64,000 bases of DNA from an uncultured Bacillota bacterium (GCA_963823655.1 CAWGMK010000013.1:266964-330963); one strand, 5' to 3'; numbered from the stretch's first letter, positions 30,505 through 41,145 are shown. Notes: generated from the letters alone by a model not told the origin. A program made the numbers and translations.

Positions 30505-31900
30505 ATGAGGCATCTAAAAAGCCAGAAGGGCATCGCTCTCCCTATGGTGTTGCTCATAATAATCGTTCTGATATTGCTGGGTTTCGCACTTTCGGTGTTC
30601 GGTTATTACGAGGCTACATCCGCCATAAGGGAAGAGCACCTAGCAAAGGCATACTACTCTGCACGAGGCAGCGTGGCTGCCCTTGCCAAGTATTTGACTA
30701 CAGTGCCGGCAGACGAGGCTGAGGAACAGGTAATCGCAAATTATGTGACTACGATCGCCACCGATGGCGTAAGCGCCGCGGGTACAATCGAAGGTGTGCC
30801 ATATAATCTTGTTGTGACCCAGGCAAACGATTTCGGTTCTGATCCGCCGTTCGGAGTTCTGACATTGACTTCTACAGGGACTTCAGGACAAGTTCTCCAA
30901 GAGCGCGGTAATACAGATCGGTTATAACCTTACAGAGTATATGAACGACGGCCCATTCGGAATAGTCGACAGCGCTTTGTACTCCTTCAACGAGGCTACT
31001 TCCGGCGGGACATTGTCGGATTATAAAGCAAATGCCAATGGCTTGGTCAAGACAGCACTTGGATCCAGCAGGCATGCAAGTGGACGTAATGGTTGATCCT
31101 TTTGATACCCATACTCCAACCCAGGGACTACCCGATGCCTAACGAACCCGAATTTCCTACTACATTGGAGAACAGGAACGAGTTCTTAGTTGACGACGAT
31201 ACCGCGCCTGACGGAAGTTTCGTCTCTACATCTGTGATTACTATCAACCCCGCAGTAAATTACGATGGCAACAATGACAGGGCCGTAATAGTAGACGGGG
31301 CAGGCGTAATTACCACGATTGTTAATAAAGGGACTCCTACATATATCAAAGTAGCAGGCCTGAACATCACGAAACCTCTGCTTTTCGACGGTAACGCTCC
31401 AGTTTATCTATTGGTTGAGAATTTCCTGAACATCGGAGCCGACGTCGGCTGCTCAAGCAAATGCAAAGAGCATTGCTGGAGTCTATACACATGATGCAGA
31501 ATGCTGGCTCGGTCGCGTGAACATAATATATACTGGATCCGATCCAATAACAGTTTCGGGGAATATTCGTATCAGGGCGAATATCGTCTCTTTGCAGGGA
31601 TCGATAAAGGCGATTGACATTTCAATCGGCGGCAACGTCATAATGAGCGGCCATATCATTTGCGGCGGCGACGAAATCAAGCTGCACGGCGTTTTCGAGG
31701 CTGATAAGACGATGATCTACGCTCCGCTGGCATTGGTAGAGGTTAAAGGCTCTGCCGCATCAAATGACGATGAATACCATATAACAGGGGCGATTGTCGC
31801 CAACCACTTCAATGCAACCGCCTATTTCAATATTGAGTACGCGGCAATTACACGCGCGTCATTGCCATTGTGGTTCGACGCCGAAGACAGCGGCGGGAAC
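30505..31900 (+). pseudogene. Large PilX-like minor-pilin / beta-helix repeat protein, fragmented across at least three frames (30505..30927, 31093..31494, 31517..about 31900)
   Basis: PilX_N-like N-terminus LKSQKG|IALPMVLLIIIVLILLGFALSV. Downstream fragments carry beta-solenoid-like repeats (GNIRIRANIVSLQGSIKAIDISIGGNVIMSGHIICGG). Confidence 0.5.
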
Positions 31901-32012
31901 TTAGGGCGACGAAACGCAAATTGGTACCGGCGAGTATTATCCCAGCAACTTCGCGTTCACACGTTGGTTGAAGTAGCAAGTAATAGGCTATTTTGTGAAA
32001 ATTCGAAGCAGC

Positions 32013-32043
32013 GGCCGGACAGAAATGTCCGGCCCTATTTGTT
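32013..32043 (+). terminator. Rho-independent terminator after the pilin-like cluster
   Basis: ggccggaca-gaaa-tgtccggcc hairpin followed by ctatttgtt. Confidence 0.6.
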
Positions 32044-32102
32044 ATAAAACCCGTTTTGTGTTAACTTATTTTTGTGATAATTCTTTTACGAAGGTTTTGC
32101 CA

Positions 32103-32789
32103 ATGCCTCTGATAAGCTCGATAGCAATAGACGGACCTGCTGGTTCAGGCAAAAGCACAATAGCGAAGATGCTTTCGGCGGCCACTGGCCTTCCCTATCT
32201 AAGCACGGGGGAGATGTACAGGGCCATTGCTTTATGCACTCTAAGGGCCGGAGTCTCGCCTGATGATGCACTTGCTGTCCTTGATTGCGCAAAGAAGGCA
32301 ATGATAGGCGCAAGGCCGGACGGCTCAGGCGGTTTCAGGATCTTCTGCGGCGAAGAGGACGTAACCCCGCTTCTGAGGTCTGCGGAAGTAAGCAGGCTTT
32401 CATCCCCCGTGGCGGTCCATGAAGCCGTTCGGAAGCTCATGGTAGAGCTTCAGAGGAATATCGCAATCGAGAACGATGTAATAATGGACGGCAGGGACAT
32501 CGGCACCGTAGTGCTGAAGGAATCCCAGAATAAGATCTATCTTGACGCATCCGTCGAAGTACGGGCCCGAAGGCGCCTTCTTGACTACAAGGATAAGGAC
32601 ATCAGCTATGAAGAAGTCCTAAGGGATCTAAAGGAGCGCGACAGGCGCGACAGCACAAGGCTCGTCGATCCTTTAAGGCCTGCAGAAGACGCCCTGATTA
32701 TCGACTCTTCAGATATGAGTCCGTCAGAGGTAATTGAAAGCATTTTGACATCATATAGGCTTTTCTACTGGGGGGAGACAACTTGCTGA
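32103..32789 (+). CDS. cmk: Cytidylate kinase
   Basis: IAIDGPAGSGKSTIAKMLS P-loop; Cmk family. Confidence 0.9.
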   Translation: MPLISSIAIDGPAGSGKSTIAKMLSAATGLPYLSTGEMYRAIALCTLRAGVSPDDALAVLDCAKKAMIGARPDGSGGFRIFCGEEDVTPLLRSAEVSRLSSPVAVHEAVRKLMVELQRNIAIENDVIMDGRDIGTVVLKESQNKIYLDASVEVRARRRLLDYKDKDISYEEVLRDLKERDRRDSTRLVDPLRPAEDALIIDSSDMSPSEVIESILTSYRLFYWGETTC

Positions 32790-33415
32790 ATAGACCGCTA
32801 GCTTTGTTTATATGGCTATACATCAAGATATTCCACCGCTTCCGCTGCTACGGCCCGGAAAAGGTGCCGATGAGCGGACCTGTGATAGTAGTCGCCAACC
32901 ATGCAAGCTTCATCGATCCGGGGCTTATCGCCTTCAATGTAAAAAGACCGATGTTCTATATGGCAAAAGCCGAGCTATTCAAGAATCCGGTACTTGCGTT
33001 CCTTCTGAAGCTTGTCAACACTTATCCCGTTAAGAGGACAGGCGCAGACAGGGCCGCGATGAACCATTCTATAAAGCTTTTAAATGAGGGCAAAGGGCTT
33101 TGCCTTTTCCCTGAGGGCACCCGTACACTAGACGGCAATCTAGGTGAGTTCAAATCCGGTGCTGCGTACCTTGCCATGGTGACGGGCGCAACGATTGTTC
33201 CTGTTGCATTATCGGGCACTTATGAAGCTTACAAGAAGGGGACGAAGAAGATACATTTCGTTCCGTTTAAATCCGTATTCTCCGACCCGATTAAAGTAGA
33301 GAAGGTAGACACCCACGATATCGAGACGCTCAGGACGGGTTCCTTGGAGCTTACCGAGAGAGTCAAGGCGATAATTCAGGTGCTTCTAGACAAGCAGAAG
33401 GGGGGATTAGCATGA
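32783..33415 (+). CDS. plsC: 1-acyl-sn-glycerol-3-phosphate acyltransferase
   Basis: VANHASFIDP (HX4D acyltransferase motif) and FPEGTR. Confidence 0.85.
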   Translation: MLNRPLALFIWLYIKIFHRFRCYGPEKVPMSGPVIVVANHASFIDPGLIAFNVKRPMFYMAKAELFKNPVLAFLLKLVNTYPVKRTGADRAAMNHSIKLLNEGKGLCLFPEGTRTLDGNLGEFKSGAAYLAMVTGATIVPVALSGTYEAYKKGTKKIHFVPFKSVFSDPIKVEKVDTHDIETLRTGSLELTERVKAIIQVLLDKQKGGLA

Positions 33416-34059
33416 AGCTGTTCATCGACACGGCCAATTTAGAGGAGATCCTCACTGTCGACAGTATGGGCATCATCTGCGGCGTAACTACTAACCCCAC
33501 GCTTATAGCGCGCGAAGGCCATGACCCCGACACAATGGCAATGAAGATAGCCGAGTCGGTCAGTGGCCCCGTCAGCTATGAGGCCGTATCCTTCGATGCC
33601 GAGGGCATAGTCAGGGAGGGCCGGGCGATAGCTGCCATGGCTCCCAATATGGTCGTCAAGGTCCCGCTCACAATAGAGGGCCTTAAGGCAATAAAGACCT
33701 TGTCGCAGTACGGCATCAGGACAAACGCCACCCTCATTTTCAATGAGAACCAGGCATTGCTTGCGGCACGCGCAGGGGCCACATATGTAAGCCTTTTCAT
33801 CGGCAGGCTTGTCGACAAGGGAGTCGACGCCATGGCCATCGTACGCAATACCAGGAGCATATTAGATATGAACGACCTGGATGCGGAGATTATTGCCGCA
33901 TCCATCAGAAATACGGAACAGGTGACGCAGTGCGCGCTTGCCGGCTCGCACATTGCCACTGTGCCCTACAAGATCCTTATGGAAATGGTCGAGCACCCCA
34001 TGACTACGGCTGGCATAGAGAAGTTCATGGATGACTGGAAGAAGGTCTTCGGCAAGTAG
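33412..34059 (+). CDS. tal: Transaldolase / fructose-6-phosphate aldolase family protein (short form)
   Basis: MKLFIDTANLEEI..GVTTNPTLIA motif. Confidence 0.85.
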   Translation: MKLFIDTANLEEILTVDSMGIICGVTTNPTLIAREGHDPDTMAMKIAESVSGPVSYEAVSFDAEGIVREGRAIAAMAPNMVVKVPLTIEGLKAIKTLSQYGIRTNATLIFNENQALLAARAGATYVSLFIGRLVDKGVDAMAIVRNTRSILDMNDLDAEIIAASIRNTEQVTQCALAGSHIATVPYKILMEMVEHPMTTAGIEKFMDDWKKVFGK

Positions 34060-36107
34060 TGGAGATCATTGTCGCAAAAACTGCAGGCTTCTGTGCCGGC
34101 GTCAGGCGGGCGGTCGACATCGCCCTCACTGCTTCTTCAAAAGCGCCTGATGAAGGCTGCAAAGACTGCGTTTCTATAGGGCCTCTGATCCACAATGAGG
34201 ACATGGTACGCGAGCTTGAAAGCAAAGGCGTCCATGTGATAGCTGACATCGACGAAGTGTCAGGCAGGCCCTTGATCATCCCGTCGCACGGCACCAGCAA
34301 AATGGTATCTGTGCATGCAGAGGAACTTGGTTTGCGCATAATCGACGCAACGTGCCCGCATGTCATAAAGCTCAAGCAGTTGGCAATTGAATGGGAACAG
34401 GCAGGCGGGGTCGCCGTAATTGCAGGCGATAAAGGGCATCCGGAGCTCAAAGGGGTAGCCTCATATCTTAATGATCCGATAATCGGCAACGACACAGGCG
34501 AGCTAATGAAAGAGATGGCGGCCCTCCCGGGAAGGCGATTCCTTTTGCTTTCGCAGACAACCGGAATTGCCGAAGATATGGATGCCATGTACGCCACCAT
34601 GAAGGCGGCGGGAATTGATGTAGAATACTGCCGCACGGTCTGCCCTGCCACGCAGCAAAGACAAGCCGAGGTAAGGGCTCTGGCAAATGACACTGATGCT
34701 ATGATAGTCCTCGGCGGCAGAAAGAGCGCAAACACCAACAGGCTTGAGCAAATTGCGAAAAACTCAGGAAAACCTGTATATAGAGCGGCAAATCTGTCAG
34801 AATTGAATTTGGGCGAAATTAAGTCCGCAGGTTTTAGGAAACTTGGCATAACTGCAGGGGCATCGACCCCAAACAGCATTATCGAGGAGGTCGTCAGAGC
34901 AATGATTGAATCCGGCGCAGAGAAAGAGCTCACAATGGCAGAGCTGGAGAAGCTCTATCCCGAGAAAAAAGAAGAAGTCCAGGCAGCACCGAAGAAGAAG
35001 GATCTGCAGGTAGTAACGGGCAAGGTGACGCTTGTTACGGAAGATGAGGTGCTGGCGGACGTGGGGCAGGGCTCGGATGTGCACATACCGAAGAACCAGC
35101 TCACCTTCTCAAAGGCTGTATCACCGCTGAAGATGTTCCAGCTGGGCGATCCCATTACCGTTGCAATAGAGGAGTATGATGCCACCAAGGACGTGCAGTA
35201 CGCCTCCAAGCTGAAGGCAGATGCATTGACCGCATGGCAGAAGGCTCAGGACGCTTTCGAATCCGGCGAGGCCATAGAAGGCGTAATAGTCGAAGCCGTA
35301 AAAGGCGGAGTGGTAGTGGACATGGGTATTAGGGGCTTCATGCCCGCCTCCCAGATAGGGTCCAGGGTTGAGGACCTCAACACACTAATCGGCACCAAGG
35401 TCAAGGCAAAGGTCATAGAGCTGGAGGAATCAAGGAAGGGCGCAGTGCTATCCACCCGCGCGCTTGCCGAGTCGGAAAATGCCAAGCAAAGGCAGGAGAA
35501 TATCGACAAGGTACAGGTAGATGCCATATTCGAAGGCACCGTAAGGAAGCTTATGCCCTTTGGAGCATTCGTCAACCTGCTGCCCGGAATAGACGGCCTG
35601 CTGCACGTATCCGAACTCTCCTGGCAGAGGATCGGCAACCCCTCCGAAGTGCTGAGCGAAGGCATGAAAGTTCAAGTGAAAGTAATCTCAGTGGATAGCG
35701 CCAGGGGGAAAATTTCGCTGAGCATGAAACAGTTGAGCGAGAGGCCTCGTTCTAAGACAGTGACGGCCGATTTGTCGGAAGGCGCTGTATATAAGGGAAC
35801 AGTAGTGAAGCTGATGAACTTCGGCGCATTCGTGAAGATGGAAAACGGCGCCGAGGGCCTCGTGCACGTCTCCCAGATCTCGGAGAAGAGGGTGCAGACC
35901 CCGGACGAGATCCTATCGGTAGGCCAGGAAGTCAAGGTGAAAGTCCTGTCAGTAAACGAGGAGAACGGACGTATCAGCTTATCGATAAAAGACGCTGAGC
36001 TCAAAGAGCAGAGGGACGAATTCGAAGGCTATATGAAATCCGCCGAGGAAGACTTCCAGATTACGATAGCCGACAGGATAAGAATCAAAGGTGAACAGAA
36101 GCGTTAA
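34059..36107 (+). CDS. ispH-rpsA: Bifunctional 4-hydroxy-3-methylbut-2-enyl diphosphate reductase (IspH) / 30S ribosomal protein S1 fusion
   Basis: N-terminal IspH (AGFCAGVRRAV..HNEDMV..ATCPHV) followed by four S1 repeats. GTG start. Confidence 0.85.
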   Translation: MEIIVAKTAGFCAGVRRAVDIALTASSKAPDEGCKDCVSIGPLIHNEDMVRELESKGVHVIADIDEVSGRPLIIPSHGTSKMVSVHAEELGLRIIDATCPHVIKLKQLAIEWEQAGGVAVIAGDKGHPELKGVASYLNDPIIGNDTGELMKEMAALPGRRFLLLSQTTGIAEDMDAMYATMKAAGIDVEYCRTVCPATQQRQAEVRALANDTDAMIVLGGRKSANTNRLEQIAKNSGKPVYRAANLSELNLGEIKSAGFRKLGITAGASTPNSIIEEVVRAMIESGAEKELTMAELEKLYPEKKEEVQAAPKKKDLQVVTGKVTLVTEDEVLADVGQGSDVHIPKNQLTFSKAVSPLKMFQLGDPITVAIEEYDATKDVQYASKLKADALTAWQKAQDAFESGEAIEGVIVEAVKGGVVVDMGIRGFMPASQIGSRVEDLNTLIGTKVKAKVIELEESRKGAVLSTRALAESENAKQRQENIDKVQVDAIFEGTVRKLMPFGAFVNLLPGIDGLLHVSELSWQRIGNPSEVLSEGMKVQVKVISVDSARGKISLSMKQLSERPRSKTVTADLSEGAVYKGTVVKLMNFGAFVKMENGAEGLVHVSQISEKRVQTPDEILSVGQEVKVKVLSVNEENGRISLSIKDAELKEQRDEFEGYMKSAEEDFQITIADRIRIKGEQKR

Positions 36108-36181
36108 TATTCTTTTATCAGCGAATATAGTATAATATTTGTGTTTATTCGAATCTCTTAAGCATGAAAGGGGCATAACCT

Positions 36182-37085
36182 ATGGAGAAGAGCGTGAAGA
36201 AGTCCTATATCATTCTGGCAGCGATTGTTGCCGTCGTAGTCATCGCAGCTGCGGCATGGATCATTTTCAACAAGTCTACAGCGATAGCGATCGTCAACGG
36301 CGAGAGGATAACCAGGAAAGAGTTCCTCGATAAGATGGAGAGCCAGGCAGGCATGCAGATCCTCCAGGAGATGATCAATGCGAAGCTGGTAGCCCAGGAA
36401 GCTGCGAAGGCCGGCATCGAAGTGACCACCGAGAGGGTAGACGAAGAAATGGTGAAGATCAAGGAGAACCTCGGCGACCAGTACGATTACATGCTCAGCA
36501 TGTATGGCATGACTGAAGACAGCCTGAGGAAGACCCTTGAGCAGAACCTGCTTGCTTACGAGATATCGACGAAGGATATCGTAGTCACGGATGAGCAGAT
36601 TGCCACCGACTACACCGAGAATAAGGATATGTATCTCGAGCCGGCTCAGGTAAAGGCAAGCCACATACTAGTTCGTACGAAGGAAGAGGCCCAGGCTATC
36701 CTAGATGAGCTCAAGGGCGGCGCCGATTTCGTAGAGCTGGCGAAGTCCAAGTCCATAGACACAGGCACCGCTGAGGCGGGTGGCGACCTTGGTTTCTTCG
36801 GCAGCCGGTGAAATGACCGAGGTATTTGAAAATGCAGCCTTCGCGCTGGCAGTAGGGCAGCTTTCAGGCATTGTTGAGTCCGAGTACGGCTTCCACGTGA
36901 TCTTGTGCACAGACAAGAAGGCCGAGTTCATGCCGACGCTCGAAGAAGCCCGCGAAGCCGTTATCGAGAAGATAAAGGGCGAGCAGGCAAAGAACATCGA
37001 CACGCTGCTTCTCGAGATCAAGGACAAGTCGACTGTGACAGTAACCGACGAGAAATATAACAGCCTCGCGGTTTCTACCCAGTAG
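36182..37085 (+). CDS. prsA: Membrane-anchored parvulin-type peptidyl-prolyl isomerase (PrsA-like), with a frame change near 36805
   Basis: N-terminal TM segment, SurA-like domain, and a PpiC core (ASHILV..GGDLGFF / ..FALAVGQLSGIVESEYGFHVI) split across two frames. Confidence 0.7.
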
Positions 37086-37103
37086 GAAATCTTGCCACTT
37101 CAC

Positions 37104-37142
37104 GGGGAAAGGCCTTCTTCGGGGGCTTTTCTCCGTTTTTTT
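37104..37142 (+). terminator. Probable terminator after the PPIase gene
   Basis: Imperfect GC hairpin followed by a ccgttttttt run. Confidence 0.4.
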
Positions 37143-37161
37143 CATTAGAAGGGGATATTGA

Positions 37162-38505
37162 GTGAGGAAGATTAAGGCAATAGTAAAGAGCATTTTAGCT
37201 GGCAGCCCTGCTGAAAAGGCCGGCCTTAAGGCCGGAGACCTGATCGAGGGCGTGGACGGCTACGCCATGCTCGACATATTGGACTGGAGATATCTTACCT
37301 CGGATTACACTTTCGTGCTTCAAGTGCTGAGAAACGGCGAGGAATTGGAACTTGAGGTAGTCCGGCAGGAGATGTCGGAGCTGGGAGTCGAATTCGAAGA
37401 TATCCTTTTCGATGGCATTAGGGAGTGCGCCAATAAGTGCATCTTCTGTTTTGTCGACCAGCTGCCGGGAGGAGTAAGGGATACTCTTTGTCTGAAAGAC
37501 GATGATTACAGGCTCTCCTTTCTGCAAGGCAACTTCGTCACCTTGACCAACTGTTCGCAGCGGACGCTGGATCGCATCGTAGAATTCAGGATGTCGCCCT
37601 TGTATGTATCAGTGCATGCGACCGATCCTGAAGTCAGAAACAGGTTGCTTGGGAGAAAGACTACAAAGCCCATTATGGATGTACTGTCATACCTCGGAGA
37701 AAACGGCATAGAAGTCCACACACAGATTGTAGTCGTACCGGGCGTCAACGATTCCGAAGTGCTAAGAAGAAGCCTTAATGACCTGGCAGGCCTGTTCCCT
37801 GTCGTCAAGTCCATAGGTGTAGTACCTGTCGGGCTTACAAAGCACAGGTCCGATGCCGACGGTATAAGACCTGTTAGCCCAGATGAAGCTAGAATTACTT
37901 TAGAGATTATCGATGAGGCCCAGCGGCTTTTCCGGTCTTTGCACAAGACGAGGCTCGTTTGGGCTGCAGACGAGTATTATATCCGCGCAGGAAGGCCTTT
38001 CCCGGCCAGCGCGGAATATGAAGGCTATGTTCAATTGGAAAATGGTATCGGGCTTGCCCGGTCGCTATATGATGATATCGAAGCGTCGCTTGAAGGGCGG
38101 GAAATGGCCCTCGCGGCGGATATTTCAAGGGATCTGATTATTACAGGCGCGGACGGAGCGATTGTGGTTCAGCCGATTTTCGACTCCTTCAGGAAGCAAT
38201 ACGGCTTCGGACCCAAGCTGCTGCCCGTTGAAAACGCCTATTTCGGTAGCTCGGTTACGGTAACAGGGTTGATAGTCGGACGTGATATCATAGATGCCGT
38301 CAAGTCGGCCGGCAGGCATGCCGGCAATACTCGCAAAGTTATCATCCCCGATATAATGCTCAGGCGCGGCGATGCCGTTCTTTTAGACGGCATGACCCCT
38401 GAGGAAGTCGGGGCGGCAATAGGAATTGAGACGGAAGTAGTAGGCACAGGCGCAGAAGGATTGCTCAAAGCAGCAGGACTGACGCCGAAAGGTGGAACAA
38501 AATGA
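37162..38505 (+). CDS. PDZ domain + DUF512 radical-SAM-like protein
   Basis: PDZ-like N-terminus (ILAGSPAEKAGLKAGDLI), a CxxxCxxC motif (CANKCIFCF) and a DUF512-type C-terminus. Lies upstream of der, as in Clostridia. Confidence 0.7.
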   Translation: MRKIKAIVKSILAGSPAEKAGLKAGDLIEGVDGYAMLDILDWRYLTSDYTFVLQVLRNGEELELEVVRQEMSELGVEFEDILFDGIRECANKCIFCFVDQLPGGVRDTLCLKDDDYRLSFLQGNFVTLTNCSQRTLDRIVEFRMSPLYVSVHATDPEVRNRLLGRKTTKPIMDVLSYLGENGIEVHTQIVVVPGVNDSEVLRRSLNDLAGLFPVVKSIGVVPVGLTKHRSDADGIRPVSPDEARITLEIIDEAQRLFRSLHKTRLVWAADEYYIRAGRPFPASAEYEGYVQLENGIGLARSLYDDIEASLEGREMALAADISRDLIITGADGAIVVQPIFDSFRKQYGFGPKLLPVENAYFGSSVTVTGLIVGRDIIDAVKSAGRHAGNTRKVIIPDIMLRRGDAVLLDGMTPEEVGAAIGIETEVVGTGAEGLLKAAGLTPKGGTK

Positions 38506-39830
38506 CAGCTAGACCAATCGTTGCAATCGTAGGAAGGCCGAATGTGGGCAAATCTGCCCTCTTCAACAGGATAATCAAGAGCAGGACTTCGATAGTGGAA
38601 AGCCAGCCAGGTGTGACCAGGGATAGGATTTACGCCGATTCCGAGTGGGAGGGCACTGAATTCGTGCTCGTCGACACAGGCGGCATCACCATGAGCGATG
38701 TCGACCCTTTTAATGAGTTGGTCAGAGGGCAGGCGGAGATCGCGGTCGACCAGGCTACAGTCATCATATTCGTCCTGGATGCCAAGGCAGGGCTAATGGC
38801 AGAGGACGAGGAAGTAGCCAACATCATAAGAAAAAGCAGGAAGCCCTGCGTATTATGCATAAACAAGGTCGATGACCCGAGGCATATGGACTACTCTTTC
38901 TGGTCGCTCGGTTTAGGCGAGCCATTGCCAGTCACCGCAGCTCATGGGACCGGCGTGGCGGAGATGCTCGACGCCGTTGTCGAAGAGATAAAGAAACAGC
39001 GGCCGGAGGAACCCGCAGTCGAGGAGCCAGGGACCGAAAAGCCCATCAAAGTGGCGTTTGTAGGCAAACCGAACGTTGGCAAGTCCTCGATAGTGAACAA
39101 GTACCTCGGCTACGAGAGGAGCATCGTCAGCGAAATCCCCGGAACGACTCGCGACGCGATCGATACGGACATGACGATGAACGGCAAAGCCTTCACCTTC
39201 ATAGATACTGCGGGCATCAGGCGCAAGCCCCGCATCGATTCGGATGTGGAGTTCTATTCCGTCGTCAGGAGCATGTCGGCGATTGAAAGAAGCGATGTCG
39301 CGGTTATAGTCCTTGACGGTACGGATGATATCTCGGAGCAAGATGTGCGCATAGCGGGCTTCGCGCATGAGGCCGGCAAGGCGGTCGTCGTTGCCGTCAA
39401 TAAGTGGGACGCCATGGAAAGGGAGGAAGGCTACTTCAAGGAGCTTACGGAGACGATCAAGGAGAAGCTCTCTTTCATGGATTACGCGAAGATCATCATG
39501 GTCTCGGCCAAGCTGGGCAGGCATTTAAACGAGCTGCTGGATGCGATCATTAAAGCTTACGATGCCAACAGGAGGCGCATAAGCACCGGCGAGATGAACA
39601 GGCTGCTTGAGGAAGCCGTGCTGAGGTTCCCGCCTCCGGGCGAAAAGGGCAGGCAGCCTAAGCTTTACTATATGTCGCAGGTCAGAGTCGAGCCTCCGAC
39701 TTTCGTCATATTCACCAATTCTCCCGAGCTGGTCCATTTCTCCTACTTAAGGTATCTGGAGAACCTTATCAGGGGAGCCTACGACTTCGCGGGTACGCCT
39801 ATACTGCTTCACTTGAAGAAGAGGAGTTAA
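38502..39830 (+). CDS. der: Ribosome-associated GTPase Der (EngA), double G domain
   Basis: GRPNVGKSALFN and GKPNVGKSSIVN P-loops; KH-like C-terminus. Confidence 0.9.
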   Translation: MTARPIVAIVGRPNVGKSALFNRIIKSRTSIVESQPGVTRDRIYADSEWEGTEFVLVDTGGITMSDVDPFNELVRGQAEIAVDQATVIIFVLDAKAGLMAEDEEVANIIRKSRKPCVLCINKVDDPRHMDYSFWSLGLGEPLPVTAAHGTGVAEMLDAVVEEIKKQRPEEPAVEEPGTEKPIKVAFVGKPNVGKSSIVNKYLGYERSIVSEIPGTTRDAIDTDMTMNGKAFTFIDTAGIRRKPRIDSDVEFYSVVRSMSAIERSDVAVIVLDGTDDISEQDVRIAGFAHEAGKAVVVAVNKWDAMEREEGYFKELTETIKEKLSFMDYAKIIMVSAKLGRHLNELLDAIIKAYDANRRRISTGEMNRLLEEAVLRFPPPGEKGRQPKLYYMSQVRVEPPTFVIFTNSPELVHFSYLRYLENLIRGAYDFAGTPILLHLKKRS

Positions 39831-39835
39831 CTTCC

Positions 39836-40447
39836 ATGGGTATCTTATCCGTAATCCTGGGATATGCGATAGGTGCTTTGCCTTTCGGAATAATACTGAC
39901 AAAGCTGGTCATCGGAGTTGACATCAGGACAGTGGGCTCGGGGGCCACAGGCACTACGAACGTAACCAGAGCCCTTGGGATAGGTTATGGCGCGATAAAC
40001 GCCGTCCTTGATATATCTAAAGGCATCGCCCCTGTGCTCATCGCCAGGGCCTTCGGGCTGCCTCTAATATGGCAGGTCGCATCGGCCCTCGCCGCGGTCA
40101 TCGGGCACAACTGGCCCGTATATGCCAGCTTCAAGGGCGGAAAGGGCATAGCGACCAGCTTCGGAGCTCTTGTTGTGCTCGAACCAAGGTTTGCTTTTGT
40201 CGTTCCAGTTTTTGTTATAATTGTTCTTGTAACCAAGATCAAATCTATTGCATCTATCACCTCAGCTGCGCTTATGGTAGTCCTGGCGCTCATACTCCGC
40301 GAACCTTGGGAGATTGTGGCGCTCACAGTTGCCATCAGCGCCCTTGCTCTGTACAGGCATAAGGACAACATCAAAAGGCTGATGAACGGCAAGGAGAATA
40401 AAGTATCTTACGGCCTGAAACCGGACAGATCGCTCAAGCAAAGATGA
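39836..40447 (+). CDS. plsY: Glycerol-3-phosphate acyltransferase PlsY
   Basis: GSGATGTTNVTRALG..HNWPVYASFKGGKGIAT motifs. Confidence 0.9.
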   Translation: MGILSVILGYAIGALPFGIILTKLVIGVDIRTVGSGATGTTNVTRALGIGYGAINAVLDISKGIAPVLIARAFGLPLIWQVASALAAVIGHNWPVYASFKGGKGIATSFGALVVLEPRFAFVVPVFVIIVLVTKIKSIASITSAALMVVLALILREPWEIVALTVAISALALYRHKDNIKRLMNGKENKVSYGLKPDRSLKQR

Positions 40448-40463
40448 TTTAGGATGTGGAATC

Positions 40464-41145
40464 ATGCTTCTGGTAGAGTGGAAAGCCTTTCTTGTTGATG
40501 CAGGATTAATACTGTTGTCCGTGGTCCTGGGCTCCATGATCGGTTTCGAGAGGGAGGCACAGGGCAAATCCGCGGGCCTGCGCACTCACGTGCTGGTATG
40601 CGTAGGCGCGACGTTGATGTCCATTATATCGATGAGAGGGCTTCGGCGCCTGGGAGGACGGGCTAAGAGACCCCGGTCGGATGATAGGATATCTAGTCGC
40701 GGGCATCGGCTTCCTTGGCGCGGGAACAATACTAAGAGACGGCTTTAGCATCAAGGGGCTGACAACGGCGGCGAGCCTGTGGGCAACATGCATGGTTGGA
40801 ATCACCGTAGGATCGGGCCTTGTGCTTTACGCCATCTTTACGACGGTGATCATCGTCATTATCCTGAGCCAGTTCAGCAAGATAGAGCGTTCAGTCGCAG
40901 TGAGGGCGTCTTCGATGCTGAAAATAAGCGCAGTAGACCGACCCGGTTTGCTCGGAGATATCGCCGCCCTGTTCGGGCGGCATTCCATAAGCATAAAGAA
41001 GAGCGATATCAATACGGACCTCAAGACCGGCTTGGTCACCATTGAATTCGAGCTTGAGAAGGTTTCGAAGGAAAGAAGGGTCTGCGATGTCGCATTCGAG
41101 CTGAACGATATCGAAGGCATCTGCAAATATGAGGTCAAGGAATAG
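40464..41145 (+). CDS. mgtC: MgtC/SapB-family membrane protein with an ACT-like C-terminal domain, copy 1 (apparent 1-nt insertion near 40638)
   Basis: Split into 40464..40748 and 40681..41145. The segment gggcttcggcgcctgggagg reads through as G-F-G-A-W-E once one nucleotide is dropped, matching copy 2. Confidence 0.7.
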
